In this document: one piece after another, positions 26,848 to 38,630 of the stretch | How the letters are laid out: every line of letters begins with the position of its first letter | Position numbering within the stretch: the first letter of the stretch is position 1 | Source of the DNA: Eledone cirrhosa | Lineage: Eukaryota | DNA: 64,000 bases | Assembly: GCA_964016885.1 (NCBI GenBank) | Contig: OZ024758.1 | Coordinates: forward strand, 27,280,001 to 27,344,000 | Direction of reading: 5' to 3' | Notes under the pieces: model-generated | Databases searched by the model: none | Seen by the model: only the letters and a program-made list of their open reading frames with translations | What the model was told of the DNA's origin: nothing | Made by a program: the position numbers and the translations under genes

Positions 26848-26916
26848 GTTTTATCTGATGAAAACACAAATATTATTGCATGATGATATTTGTTTTTGAA
26901 ATGCGCATAATAAAAT
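26848..26916 (+). ncRNA. Type I hammerhead ribozyme
   Basis: GTTTTAT-CTGATGA-[16-bp stem II, loop GCAT]-GAAA-TGCGCA-TA^-ATAAAAT. Palindromic stem III ATGCGCAT, predicted cleavage after 26909. Confidence 0.85.
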
Positions 26917-26974
26917 ACATGGAACTCTTTTAACCATCTTTTGTTCTTATATATTATATATATATATATATATA

Positions 26975-27595
26975 CAGGGTGTCCCAAAAATGTATACACA
27001 CTTTGATTACCTGCACAGGCAATATTTATTAGAATGATCTACAGACATAATTCAGTTGTATGTAAACACCCCCAAAACGTTTACATAATTTAAATAATTG
27101 TTTCTACTTTTGGCACAAGGCCAGCAATTACCCAGTACATTACTGGTACTTTATTTTATCGACCCCCGTAAGGATGAAAGACAAACTTAACCTCGGCGGG
27201 ATTTGAACTCAGAATGGCAAGGGCCGCAACTCTATGCGTAAAAAGCATGACGTCGACCATCTACCGATACTGCCAATCCACCGCCCCTAATTTAAATAAT
27301 TGTTTCTACTTTAGGCACAAGGCCAGCAATTACCCAGTGCATTACTGGTACTTTATTTTATCGACCCTGTAAGGATGAAAGGCAAAGTTAACCTCGGCGG
27401 GATTTGAACTCAGATCATAAAGGGACGTAACTATGCTGGAAAGCATGGCGTCCGACCCTCTACCGATACTGCCAATCCACCATATTTAAATAATGCATAT
27501 AATTGCCCCTAATTTAAATAATGCATATAAAACAGAATTTATTTTAATGCATTTTTTAAAGATTTTGTTGTGTATACATTTTTTTGTAACACTGT
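26975..27595. mobile_element. Tc1/mariner-like MITE interrupted by two minus-strand SINEs (about 27095-27287 and 27295-27482)
   Basis: TA-CAGGGTGTCCCAAAAATGTATACAC ... GTGTATACATTTTTTTGTAACACTG-TA. A related copy lies at 12328-12405. Confidence 0.65.
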
Positions 27596-28010
27596 ATATA
27601 TCAACATCATCATCATCATCGTTTACCTGTCTACCTTCCATATGCTAAAAAGAGCTAAAGTGATCTGTGCGAAGAATTAGCGACCAATGACCTGGAATTA
27701 CTTAACACGGCGTTTCTTTAGTGTCGGTTTGTTTGTTGATAGATATTGCATTCTGCGCCAATAACTGTAGCGCCTCGCGGGGGTAGAGTTGACAGTTTCA
27801 AGCTGCAGGAGGGTAACTGGTGAATTCATCCAACATAATGTATCTAAATTTTAAAATTAATTTATCTATATTCATTTATTTTCACTATAAAATAATATAT
27901 GTAATTGATGTTTTTTACACGTTATCTAAAAACGAAAATAAAAGCTTACTTTATTCTAATTAATTTATTTATATATATATAGTTATGTAATAAACAACAT
28001 AAGGCAATTA

Positions 28011-28071
28011 TTCCATTTACCAGTGGTTTCTTAAAAGCAAAAAAATGTTGCTTTCAATCATCAGAATGAAA
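28011..28071 (-). ncRNA. Type I hammerhead ribozyme
   Basis: Mirror of 28164-28224, with one A-to-G change in stem I that keeps a G-U pair. Confidence 0.85.
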
Positions 28072-28163
28072 AAATCCTGGAGTATTTATTGACGTTGGAT
28101 TTTAAAAACAAAAAATGCAATCTATATACTCAATAAATACAATCAATAAATACTCCAGGATTT

Positions 28164-28224
28164 TTTCATTCTGATGATTGAAAGCAACATTTTTTTGCTT
28201 TTAAGAAACCACTGGTAAATGAAA
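28164..28224 (+). ncRNA. Type I hammerhead ribozyme
   Basis: TTTCATT-CTGATGA-TTGAAAGCAA..TTGCTTTTAA-GAAA-CCACTGG-TA^-AATGAAA. GUA cleavage predicted after 28217. Confidence 0.88.
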
Positions 28225-28316
28225 TAATTGCCTTATGTTGTTTATTACATAACTATTAAGCTCTGTTACCTACATAGAGCACTCTTTTTTCCTGGACTTT
28301 TCCGACGGAATTACTT

Positions 28317-28373
<57 letters not shown>

Positions 28374-28510
28374 GAGAGAGAGAAAAAAAAAGCAAGTTTG
28401 TTCATAAAGTTGAAATATAAACTTACTCCGTATTTTGACAAACGAAGTTAGTCTGATAGTGAGGTTTTTAAAACCCTCTGAATGGAAACGGGATGAGTAG
28501 TGACCTACAT

Positions 28511-28571
<61 letters not shown>

Positions 28572-28786
28572 CCATCCAGGGAGTGTAACGCGAGTTTTCT
28601 GTAGGAGTAACCATTCGTCCGGACGCCATGCTTTGCAGCATAGAGTTACGGTCCTTTACGGTCTGAGTTCAAATCCCGCCGAGGTTAACTTTGCCGTTCA
28701 TCCTTACGGTGTCGATAAAATAAAGTACCAGTAATGTATTGGGGTAATTGCTGGCCTTGTGCCTAAAGTAGAAACAATTATTATTT

Positions 28787-28838
<52 letters not shown>

Positions 28839-28839
28839 A

Positions 28840-29014
28840 AAGGAATTGTGGTAAGGAACCAAATAGACCATATCGCACCAGAGTACTCAATACTTAGTGT
28901 AATAGAGTGGGAAATAGGAAAAAGTATGACCCCGACGGCAGAGCTCAAGCCGTTTCGACGGCTATTTCTGGAGTCCAACCGCTTGAGCTCTGCCGTCGGA
29001 GTCACACTTTTTCC

Positions 29015-29017
<3 letters not shown>
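28840..29017. mobile_element. (TA)n-inserted hairpin element; second copy at 40860-41056
   Basis: Shared GTGGTAAGGAACCA..TACTCAATACTTAG leader and a GC-rich inverted repeat CCGACGGCAGAGCTCAAGC / GCTTGAGCTCTGCCGTCGG. Confidence 0.7.
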
Positions 29018-29050
<33 letters not shown>

Positions 29051-29147
29051 TATATATATAGAGATATTTAATTTGCTGGTAATTCAACAAATTTATTTAT
29101 AACAGATTCGAAGCACTCGACAAGCTTCCTGGAGTATAATATCAATG

Positions 29148-29501
29148 ATATCAATGATATTAATAAATGGAAACTATATTTATAAAACCATATTTATTTT
29201 ATTATATATATTTCAAGGGTACCAAAAACTTTAGTATGCCTCATCAGATAAGTTACAAAATTTGTTTTATAAATAGTGGCATATCCAAGAAACCAGACCT
29301 TATCGGTTCAAGTTCTGTTTCGATGGTAAAACAGAACCTGAACCGATAAGGCCTGATTTCTCGGGTATGCCACTATTTATAAAACAAATTTTGTAACTTA
29401 TCTGATGAGGCATACTAAAGTTTTTGGTACCCTTGAAATATATATAATAAAATAAATATGGTTTTATAAATATAGTTTCCATTTATTAACATCATTGATA
29501 T
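29148..29501. mobile_element. Foldback element (about 170-bp arms, about 8-nt loop) with a degenerate HHR on each arm
   Basis: Mirror ORFs METIFIKPY on both strands. CTGATGA at 29402 and GAAA at 29435 on + strand, mirrored near 29200-29250. Left tail 29060-29147 is homologous to 9630-9716. Confidence 0.8.
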
Positions 29502-30369
29502 ATATATATATATATATGTGTTCAATGCTACAATGAAAACAAAAAAGGATGATATCTGTGTACATATGCATAAAAATTAATTGTTAGCTAAAATGAAAGA
29601 TTATGGTCAGTATCCGGAATAGAGTCGAGGATATTCATAAGATTGAAGATTCCAACAATTTTTTTTTTGTGTTTAGCAGCACCACGGTATCGCTTCTTTG
29701 ACTTTTCTGGTTCTCTTCCTGGCGTGTATTGCTCAATTTGTGCCTTGTTATAAATATAGATAAATATAGGCGACGAATTGGCAGAGTCGTTAAGACCTCG
29801 GATAGAATACCTTACGGTATTCGTTCCACCTCATTGCGCTCTCTGAGTTGAAATCCCACCGGGTTCAATATTGCCGTTCATCCTTTCTAGGTCGATAAAA
29901 AAGTACCAGTCCAGTACTGGGGTCGATTCTTCCTCTATAGAAAAAATCGGCTGTGTTTAGACCTGGAGACAGTTGGGCTCTGCCAGGTTCAAAAGTGCCT
30001 TAGACACCGCGTTTGACGGTGCCTCTACAACTCCACAAGGAATTATGAGATCTTTATATTTATCCTATAAATACTGGAGTGGTGAGCTGAGTTATTTTGT
30101 TTTTTTGGCAACATCTGGAGAACTTCAACTGTACACTTTCCACATTGTGTGTTGAAAGGATGACGGTTGTCGAGCTTTCCCTAACTCTTTAGTGTTCAAA
30201 CCGGCCAAAACCGGCCAGAATTCTCTACCTCTTTCTGTTGAAACTGGCTGTAACTGGTCACTCAAACTGATCTTAAGGTATTGTTCTCAAAATAAATACT
30301 TTCAAAATCTCGTAGATGCAATATGTGAGGTAAAGCCTTTTACATGAAAATATAATAGCATATATAAAA

Positions 30370-30558
30370 TAACTGTTTCTACTTTAGGCACAAGGCCAGC
30401 AATTACCCAGTGCATTACTGGTACTTTATTTTATCGACCCCGTAAGGATGAAAGGCAAAGTCAACCTCGGCGAGATTTGAATTCAGATCGTAAAGGGACG
30501 TAACTATGCTGGAAAGCATGGCGTCCGACCCTCTACCGATACTGCCAATCCACCGCCC
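30370..30558 (-). mobile_element. Main SINE family copy
   Basis: Full-length reverse complement; ATATAAA on both flanks. Confidence 0.9.
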
Positions 30559-30628
30559 ATATAAAGTAAATTTTCAAAAAGAACAATAAACAAGTTACCA
30601 CGAGTCGCGAAGGTTGCCGATGTTATTT

Positions 30629-30936
30629 TGTTGTTGGTTCCTGAGGCTGGTGTAGTCTAAGACCAGGAGAGAGAGAGAGTAAGGGTCTGTGGTTGACTGT
30701 AGACCTCGGCGGCCTGTAGTAGCCGGTGAATCTTTACATAGTCATACTATAGCGTACGGCTCCGATCTCTCTGTGTTAAACGTGGGATGATACAGGCTTT
30801 ATATACCTGTCGCTTTCTGTCTCCCACCTCGAGGGATCGCCCACGCATGAACCCGTTCACACCGAAAAGGATGGTGACCTAGAATTTGATTTTTAGGTGT
30901 CACTCAAGGTTCAAGGCGTGGACAGATTTCGCTACA
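30629..30936 (-). mobile_element. Possible solo LTR
   Basis: GC-richer ~300-bp block with TG..CA ends and TATATAAA on the minus strand. No TSD found. Confidence 0.25.
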
Positions 30937-31077
30937 TACATATATATATAAAAATGACCGACTGAATCCACACGCGTGTGTGTGTGTGTGTGTGGGGGGG
31001 GGGTTCTTATTATTTTCCCCGTTCCTTCTTTATCCTCATCACTCTTTACTTTCTATTTATCTTTTATTTTTAACTCT

Positions 31078-31115
31078 ATCTGGTGATGAAGGACTAGTAT
31101 CCGAAACGCTAAGAT
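31078..31115 (+). ncRNA. Degenerate type I hammerhead motif
   Basis: ATCT-G-GTGATGA-AGGA-CTAGTA-TCC-GAAA-CGCTA-AGAT. C3 is mutated; ATCT/AGAT forms stem I. Confidence 0.45.
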
Positions 31116-31799
31116 TCTCTTCCTACTATTTCAAGTGTTTAACTAATATATTTCTTCGATGTACTGTGCCATTTGTTTTGTTAGTTTTGTTATTTCTGTT
31201 TACCTTCTACACACACACGCACACACATACATACACACATGTATATACATACATACACACACAGACAAATCAAAGTGAAATAAATATATCCGATTATATT
31301 TAACGTTTGTCATTTGAACTACTATTGTTAGATTATCTTCTCTTTTTGTTTTGTTTCATACTAAAGTAATTAAAACACTTATGGCAGCTGATGAATTAGT
31401 ACAAAAATTCTTATTTTCAAAATGGCAGAAATATAGGTCAGTTGGTATGTGGCTTCCTACTTCATAAAAAAAACAACTACGTAAAACGTAAGGTTTACCT
31501 TCGGTAAAGTAAACTAAATGATTGTACGAGTCAATAACAAAGATAATCAAATCGATACCGTTCTATCTAGATCTTCTGGGCGTGCTCAGAGGTCTCTTTG
31601 TTATATTAACGATACATTTGAGCTGAACACCCTTTAGAAAGTATTGTAGGGTATTGAGGAGAAGGTTCGTGTCAACGGGTGGATTATTATACAGTATCTT
31701 CATCTGTGAAACATATATACATATACACCAGGTCCGAACACAAAGGAACCAAACTCTTACTGTCACTGCCTCCGTCTTTATCTCTCACTAATATGAGCA

Positions 31800-31992
31800 A
31801 ATAAGGGCCCACGCACTGGCCGCCCCGCGGACAGAATAGAGAAGGCGTTTCCCCGAAGGATGGTGAGAGAGAAGTGCTGGAAGAGTCATTTCACATCGCG
31901 AGGCTCACACCTGTGAGTGGCCAACACTGTGCCGATGGTGATGAGTAGGGAGATGGCTCTAAAGTCAAGGACACCAGAAAAATCTCCACTAT
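31800..31992 (-). pseudogene. Second CRE-like 3' fragment
   Basis: Aligns by eye to 25300-25463 (GAGAAGGCGTTTCCCCG, ACACCTG, ATGGTG.TGAGTAGGGAG). Confidence 0.7.
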
Positions 31993-33784
31993 TTAATAAA
32001 GATACTAGTGATGCTATAAACTTGGAGATGGTCAAAAGTGTTTAAAGTTTGACAGACCACATTTCTGTCATTTACATACTCCACTTGTATATACACATTT
32101 TACGCATTTACACATCTGAACAGGAGGCTATGATCTCTATTTGAATCGGTAACAATGCACTATGAAGTATTTATGTTTTTCAATTGGGACAAATTTATGT
32201 CACAAGACATTAATAATTTGTAGGTTCTATTGAAAACAAGTTCTGGAACATATTTTTCTATTTGTGACTATTTATAGTGCGATGGTTAAACAAGAGATTT
32301 AATGGGGGAGATGATGATCTGTGTAAAACATTCTATATGAAACAGGCAAAGAAGTAACATGGAATCAGGAGAAATCTTAGGCTAAGCTGCTGCTTTTCAT
32401 TAAATACCTTTTCGTCATACGAGATGGAAATTTGCAAACAAAAGCCATTGAAAACAACGTCAACGGAGAAATATTTCAACTCATTGCGTGTATCCTGAGC
32501 AGCATTTCACAGGAAACAATTTCAGAGCTCCTTAATACGATATCTAAAAGGGTAAATACTGCTTTCGACAAAGGGCAAGTCTACTAAACAGTAAATCATG
32601 CATTTAAATGCATCAAATTTCATTAATTGCTTTCACAAATAAATCGTTCAAAACATCAGGGCGACTATATACTCTTGATATACCTCTGTCTCTCTATATA
32701 CTGTGTTTATAACTGAGTATATCTATATATAAAAGTATTTATGTTTGTGTAAAGCTAATTATTTATGGAATTTAAAGCGCTGTCTAAATTATTTCAAGAA
32801 TTTGAATTATTTCTTTCGACTAGAAATTCATGAGGTCAATTGGCAGAATCGTTAGAGTATGAAATAGAATATCTTGTGGTATTCGTTTCAGTTGTCTCTG
32901 ATTTGAATTCAAATCCCGTTGAGATCAACGTTTCTTTACATCCTTTCCGAGTCCATAAATGAAGTACAAATCCAAGGCGATGTAATTGCAGAATCGCTAA
33001 CGTACCGGACTAAATGCCTTGCAGTATCTGTTCTGACGCTTTGTGTTCTGTGTTGAGTGACCACAAAGGATACACTCTTTTGTAAAGTTCTTTTTCATCA
33101 AGTGCCAAAGTATTTCTGCAGCTTATTGCTCTCTATGGCAGCACACCAATTGGCAGGAGAGAACAATTGTAAGGAGAAAATGGAATAAACAGAAATGCAT
33201 ATTATCACACATGTTTGCCTGAAAAGATCCATTTCATAAAGAATGTTGATATATATCTCAAACATTATAGAAGCTACAGAATTGCTGCATTAAATAGCCA
33301 CATCATAACCACAACGTAGCTTGATGTTGGTTCGAGAGACAGTCGTATCAGATGGGCATAGTGAAAGCTAAATAGAGACAGATATTTTACAGAATTAGCT
33401 ATAATTGCAGAAGCAGTGAAAACGGCAGAGAAAAAAAATACTGCTTGATGAAGGACAACTCGTAAAATATTAGTTGTTGAAGGCTTGCTTGTCAGATTAA
33501 GAATGTTCATTCGTGTTTGTGTGGTTTTAATTAATATTTGTAGTGAAGAATATGATAGTTTCGTTCGTGTAGTGAGCACGAGATATGTAATAGAGAAACG
33601 AATCCTTACAATAGAAATCTCCATCAACAATTAATTTGTTTTTGCTGATTACATTATCGGGCATATTGGTTTGTTGCATTAAATTATAGTGTCAAGCACT
33701 TCAAATCTTTATCAAACTGCATGGACTCACATGTGTATATTCAACGCGTGTAAAGCATATAACTACACATTATATGCATAGGTG

Positions 33785-34216
33785 AGGGCGGTGGATTGGC
33801 AATATCGGGAGAGCGTCGGACAACGTGCTTTGCAGCATATAATGATGTCGCTTCACGTTCTGAGTTCAAATCCCACCGAGGTTAGCTTTGCCTTTCATCC
33901 TTACGAGGTTAATAAAATAAAGTACCAGTAACGCACTGGGTTGATTTAATCGACTTTCCTCTTCCTAAAAATTGTTGGCCTTGTGCCTAAATCAGAAACC
34001 ATTATATACATAGCTAGGGTGGTGAATTGGCAGTATCGGTAGAGGGTCGGACGCCATGCTTTGCAGTACAGTTACGTCCCTTTACGGACTCAGTTCAAAT
34101 CCCGCTGAGGTTAACTTTGCCTTTCATCCTTACGGGGTCGATAAAATAAAGTACCAGTAATGTACTGGGTAATTGCTGGCCTTGTGCCAATAGTAGAAAC
34201 AATTATATACATAGCT
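33785..34216 (+). mobile_element. Two tandem SINEs; the second has a 16-bp TSD
   Basis: ATTATATACATAGCTA flanks the copy at about 34017-34201 on both sides. Confidence 0.9.
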
Positions 34217-34730
34217 AAATCTGCATTTTTGAATCACAAATATATTTAAAGTGGGCCAATATTTATAATTTAGATAAGCAAATTAAGAAGTAATATACTA
34301 TATGACACGCGCAAAAAATTCTCATAATGATTGAAATCTTCCTTTTAGTTAGAAAAAGAAAACTAAAGCCCAGCGGCACTTTTTAGGGTCTCTCAAAAAG
34401 AATGAAAGACAACTTCAAGAAATTAAGGATCAAGTTTTGCAAAATTAATGTTCATTCTTAGGGGGAAATCTGATCTTTGTTTGTAGTCGGAATCAGTTAC
34501 AGAAATGTTTCGGTAGTATTGGTCCACACAGGCATATCAATCATGTTCCCGCAACTGGTGCAGCCATTCGTTGAGGTGCCACCCACTCTAGAGGCTTTCA
34601 TAGTCAGCCATCGCCACGGGTCTCTATTGACAGGTCATACGTAAAAGGCTCTCGGTGTTGTAACCTGCCCAGGGGTGTTCGGGTAGAGAGAATACCTTGA
34701 TGACCAGCAGCGGAATCCTTAGGCTTATAA

Positions 34731-34748
34731 TCTCTATATATAAAACTG

Positions 34749-34824
<76 letters not shown>

Positions 34825-35328
34825 TGAGTTTGAATCCCTAAAACTCGAGAAGTACCCAACCGATTTTTTTCAAACTTTACATATGTATTACTTATGTTTC
34901 AGGGAGTGTTATGCATGTACAAAAATTCAAGTTTTCGATCCCCTTAGGGGAAAAACTGTTTTTTCAGGCTTTTTGAGGCGTTACGTCCGACCGATTTCCT
35001 TGAAATTGTAACTATGTATTAGTCAGTTTCTTCTTCATACCATGAGCAAAGAAAATCCAACCTTTTTATGGCCTAGTGCCCGCATTAGGTGAAAAACTTC
35101 CTTTTTTTTCAGCGTTTTAGGGCTTTTTTGAGGCGTTACGTCTAGCCGATTTTCCCGAAATTTCAAGGCATATTATGCACATAAAAAAAATTCATTTTCT
35201 TGACCCCCTAGGGCCCACATTAGGTGAAAACCTGCATTTTTCCTGCTTCATCAAGGAAAATCTTAAAGATTATCCAACCATCAGTTCCAAAATACCTTAT
35301 CCCGTGCAACGCCGGGTACCACTGTCAG
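34731..35328 (+). mobile_element. Non-autonomous Helitron
   Basis: A|TCTCTATATATAAAA 5' end, (GT)n, 3' hairpin CCCGTGCAACGCCGGG, then a decayed CTAG (TCAG|T). Confidence 0.75.
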
Positions 35329-36502
35329 TCTAATTTAAACCTTCATTGATCGACTGACAGTAATTTTGATATTAAAAAAAGAGCAGCGAAGATTTTTGGC
35401 CGGAATACTTTGCATAATTGAAAACAAAAGGAGCTAATAATAATAATAATCTACGTGAGCCAATGGCAAGAATTCAGAAGAATAAAGGTGATGTACTGAA
35501 TGACATGCATAAAAGATTCTTTATTCTTTGAAATACTTCTTTTAACTAAAGAGAAACAAATCAACAAATGGCAAAAAGCTAGGTGCAACTGTTAGCGATT
35601 ATCAAAGAAATGAGATTATTTTAAGAAATTAAAAATCAACATTGAATCCCAGAATCAATGGCTAATTAGCAGTTCTTTTTTATACTTCGAATAACATACA
35701 GTGCATTGTCAGTAGTCAAAATAATGACATTTTTATTTTATATGTTGTGGTTAGAAAACCAACGGAGCAACAAGTGCAATTGGGAAATCTGTGACGTAAA
35801 TCTCTCAATTGTTGTACATTGTTTCTACATTAGGCACAAGGCCAACAATTTTGCGGGAGGCAAAAGTCGATTAAATCGGCCCCAGTGTATTACTGGTACT
35901 TTATTTAATCGACCTCGTAAGGATGAAAGGCAAAGTTAACCTCGGCGGGATTTGAACTCAGACCGTAAAGGGCCGTAACTCTATGCTGCAGAGCATGGTG
36001 TTATGGCTCTTTACGGTCTGAGATCAAATCCCGCCGAAGTTTGTACAATAACTGTTTCTACTTTTGGCACAAGGCCAGCAATTATCCCAGTGCATTACTG
36101 GTACTTTATTTTATCGACCCCTTAAGGATGAAAGGCAAAGTTAACCTCGACGGGATTTGAACTCAGAACGTAAAGGGCCACAATGGTGTCTAACGCTCTA
36201 CTGATACTGCCAACCCACCGCCCTAAATAAATCTACATTATTGTAAACTAGCAGAAAAACAACCTTTCGCTGTGGTTTTCTGCTAGCATGTATAGTGTGT
36301 ATATTGATATTATACGCAGGTATATATACATGTAGATATGATACATGTATAGTGTGTATATTGATATTATACGCAGGTATATATACATGTAGATATGATA
36401 CATCAAATAAAATCGTAGTTGACAATATCCACAGAAATTGAACGAAGACTGTGTTACACTGAGTCAGTAACGTAATCTATGATATATTAAAAAAAGACGA
36501 TA

Positions 36503-37961
36503 TCTATCTATATATATAAAAGCAAGTCGGTATGTCTGTCTGTCTGTGTACAAATACTAGGCTCCTTTTAACTTTTGAAGTTCTAGGCCGATTTCAACCA
36601 AATTTGGCACACGTATTGCCTATATGCCAGAGCAGGTTTTGGACAAAAACAAATTTGAAAAAAATATCGATATTGGGGCCGAAAAATCGATTTTGTGTGT
36701 GTATCTGTCTGTGTACAAATACTAGGCTCCTTTTAACTTTTGAAGTTCTAGGCCGATTTCAACCAAATTTGGCACACGTATTGCCTATATGCCAGAGCAG
36801 GTTTTGGACAAAAACAAATTTGAAAAAAATATCGATATTGGGGCCGAAAAATCGATTTTGTGTGTGTATCTGTCTGTGTACAAATACTAGGCTCCTTTTA
36901 ACTTTTGAAGTTCTAGGCCGATTTCAACCAAATTTGGCACACGTATTGCCTATATGCCAGAGCAGGTTTTGGACAAAAACAAATTTGAAAAAAATATCGA
37001 TATTGGGGCCGAAAAATCGATTTTGTGTGTGTATCTGTCTGTGTACAAATACTAGGCTCCTTTTAACTTTTGAAGTTCTAGGCCGATTTCAACCAAATTT
37101 GGCACACGTATTGCCTATATGCCAGAGCAGGTTTTGGACAAAAACAAATTTGAAAAAAATATCGATATTGGGGCCGAAAAATCGATTTTGTGTGTGTATC
37201 TGTCTGTGTACAAATACTAGGCTCCTTTTAACTTTTGAAGTTCTAGGCCGATTTCAACCAAATTTGGCACACGTATTGCCTATATGCCAGAGCAGGTTTT
37301 GGACAAAAACAAATATGAAAAAAAAAAACGATATTGGGACCGAAAAATCGATTTTGTGTGTGTATCTGTCTGTGTACAAATACTAGGCTGCTTTTAACTT
37401 TTGAAGTACGAGGCGGATTTGCTTCAAGGAATGATATTTCTATGTCCAGTGGATGGTCAACGTGGTAGTGGCAGCGCCATCTTACGCATAGGGTTTAGTC
37501 TACTGAAGGACATCCTCATCACTCGTCGACTATTGTCGAGATGATGGATCTCACTCTCATGCCCCAGAATCCCCTGTCCCCCATCGCTGCCCCCAGGTCC
37601 TGTCTGCTGATTCCCGTATCCCTAGAGATAACGTCAGGGAATGACAGCTTCCTACTCCTAGTTAGGCTGGAGTCAGGGTTCCAGAGCAAGGACATACGGT
37701 GCGTCTATTCCATCTTTATCCCCTTACTCATACCTACTACAGCAAGGCCGGACCTGAAATCATTCACGTCAATTAACTCAAGCTACCCCATGAATTGTTT
37801 TTATGTTGCCGTTTATTTCACTCAATCATGTCACTGTACACCCATTTTGTTAAACTTTGTTTTACAATTACATTTCAATTCTTTGCTGAACCTTTGGCTC
37901 TCGTTATACGGACAAACAGGCTGTCATTCCTTTCCCGAGCAACGCCGGGTACATCTGCTAG
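36503..37961 (+). mobile_element. Non-autonomous Helitron with an internal 165-bp tandem array
   Basis: A|TCTATCTATATATATAAAA 5' end, 3' hairpin CCCGAGCAACGCCGGG, CTAG|T terminus. Confidence 0.85.
36540..37406. repeat. 165-bp tandem repeat, about 5.2 near-identical copies
   Basis: GTACAAATAC recurs at 36548, 36713, 36878, 37043, 37208 and 37374. Confidence 0.95.
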
Positions 37962-38442
37962 TTATATATAAACTGCATTAGGAGAAAATTAGTGACAGAA
38001 ATATATGAATGTTTATTTAAGCGATCGCTAACCGGAAGTGTTGACATTTGAAAATTTTAAAGAAGTGAATCTTTAAACAGTAATAAAATATATTTAATGA
38101 ACAGTCACGAAATTTAGTGGATAAATTATGTTATATTCATTCATTATTTATTCAAAGTATGGTTGGGTGAATTGGCAGTATCGGTAGAGGGTCAGACGCC
38201 TTGCTTTGACGCTTAGAGTTACGGCCCTTGTCATTCTGAGTTCAAATCCCGCCGAGGTTAACTTTGCATTTCATCCTTATAAATAAAGTACCAGTAATAC
38301 ACTGGCTAATTGCTGGTCTTGTGCCAATAGTAGGAACAATTATTTATTCAAAGTAATCCAACCTATTTTACTAATGGGATAACAAATTATAAACCGTACG
38401 CAGTCCTGCGCTCCTTACTTTATTATAGTTTAAATGTACGAT

Positions 38443-38630
38443 AGTTGTTTCTACTTTAGGCATAAGGCCAGCAATTACCCAGTGCATTACTGGTACTTTA
38501 TTTTATCGACCCCGTAAGGATGAAAGGCAAAGTCAACCTCGGCGGGATTTGAACTCAGATCGTAAAGGGACGTAACTATGCTGGAAAGCATGGCGTCCGA
38601 CCCTCTACTGATACTGCCAATCCACCGCCC
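38443..38630 (-). mobile_element. Main SINE family copy with TSD TTTAAATGTAC
   Basis: Full-length reverse complement with an 11-bp direct repeat on both flanks. Confidence 0.9.

Larger units (their letters stand above)
26621..26957. mobile_element. Near-perfect loopless palindrome (about 168-bp arms) with an intact HHR on each arm
   Basis: Centre ATCAACAT|ATGTTGAT at 26787/26788. The arms differ by a few substitutions and a 3-nt indel. The left arm has an extra ~85-nt tail. Bounded by (TA)n. Confidence 0.85.
27979..28256. mobile_element. Foldback element (about 114-bp arms, 50-bp spacer) with an intact HHR on each arm
   Basis: 27979-28092 is the reverse complement of 28143-28256. The right arm continues as a ~60-nt tail. 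Bounded by (TA)n. Confidence 0.85.

Noticed and set aside
33274-33630. 118-aa ORF in unique sequence as a host exon
   Set aside because: No recognisable domain and no convincing splice context.
36532-37386. 284-aa ORF with 55-aa repeats
   Set aside because: By-product of a 165-bp (multiple of 3) tandem repeat inside a Helitron.
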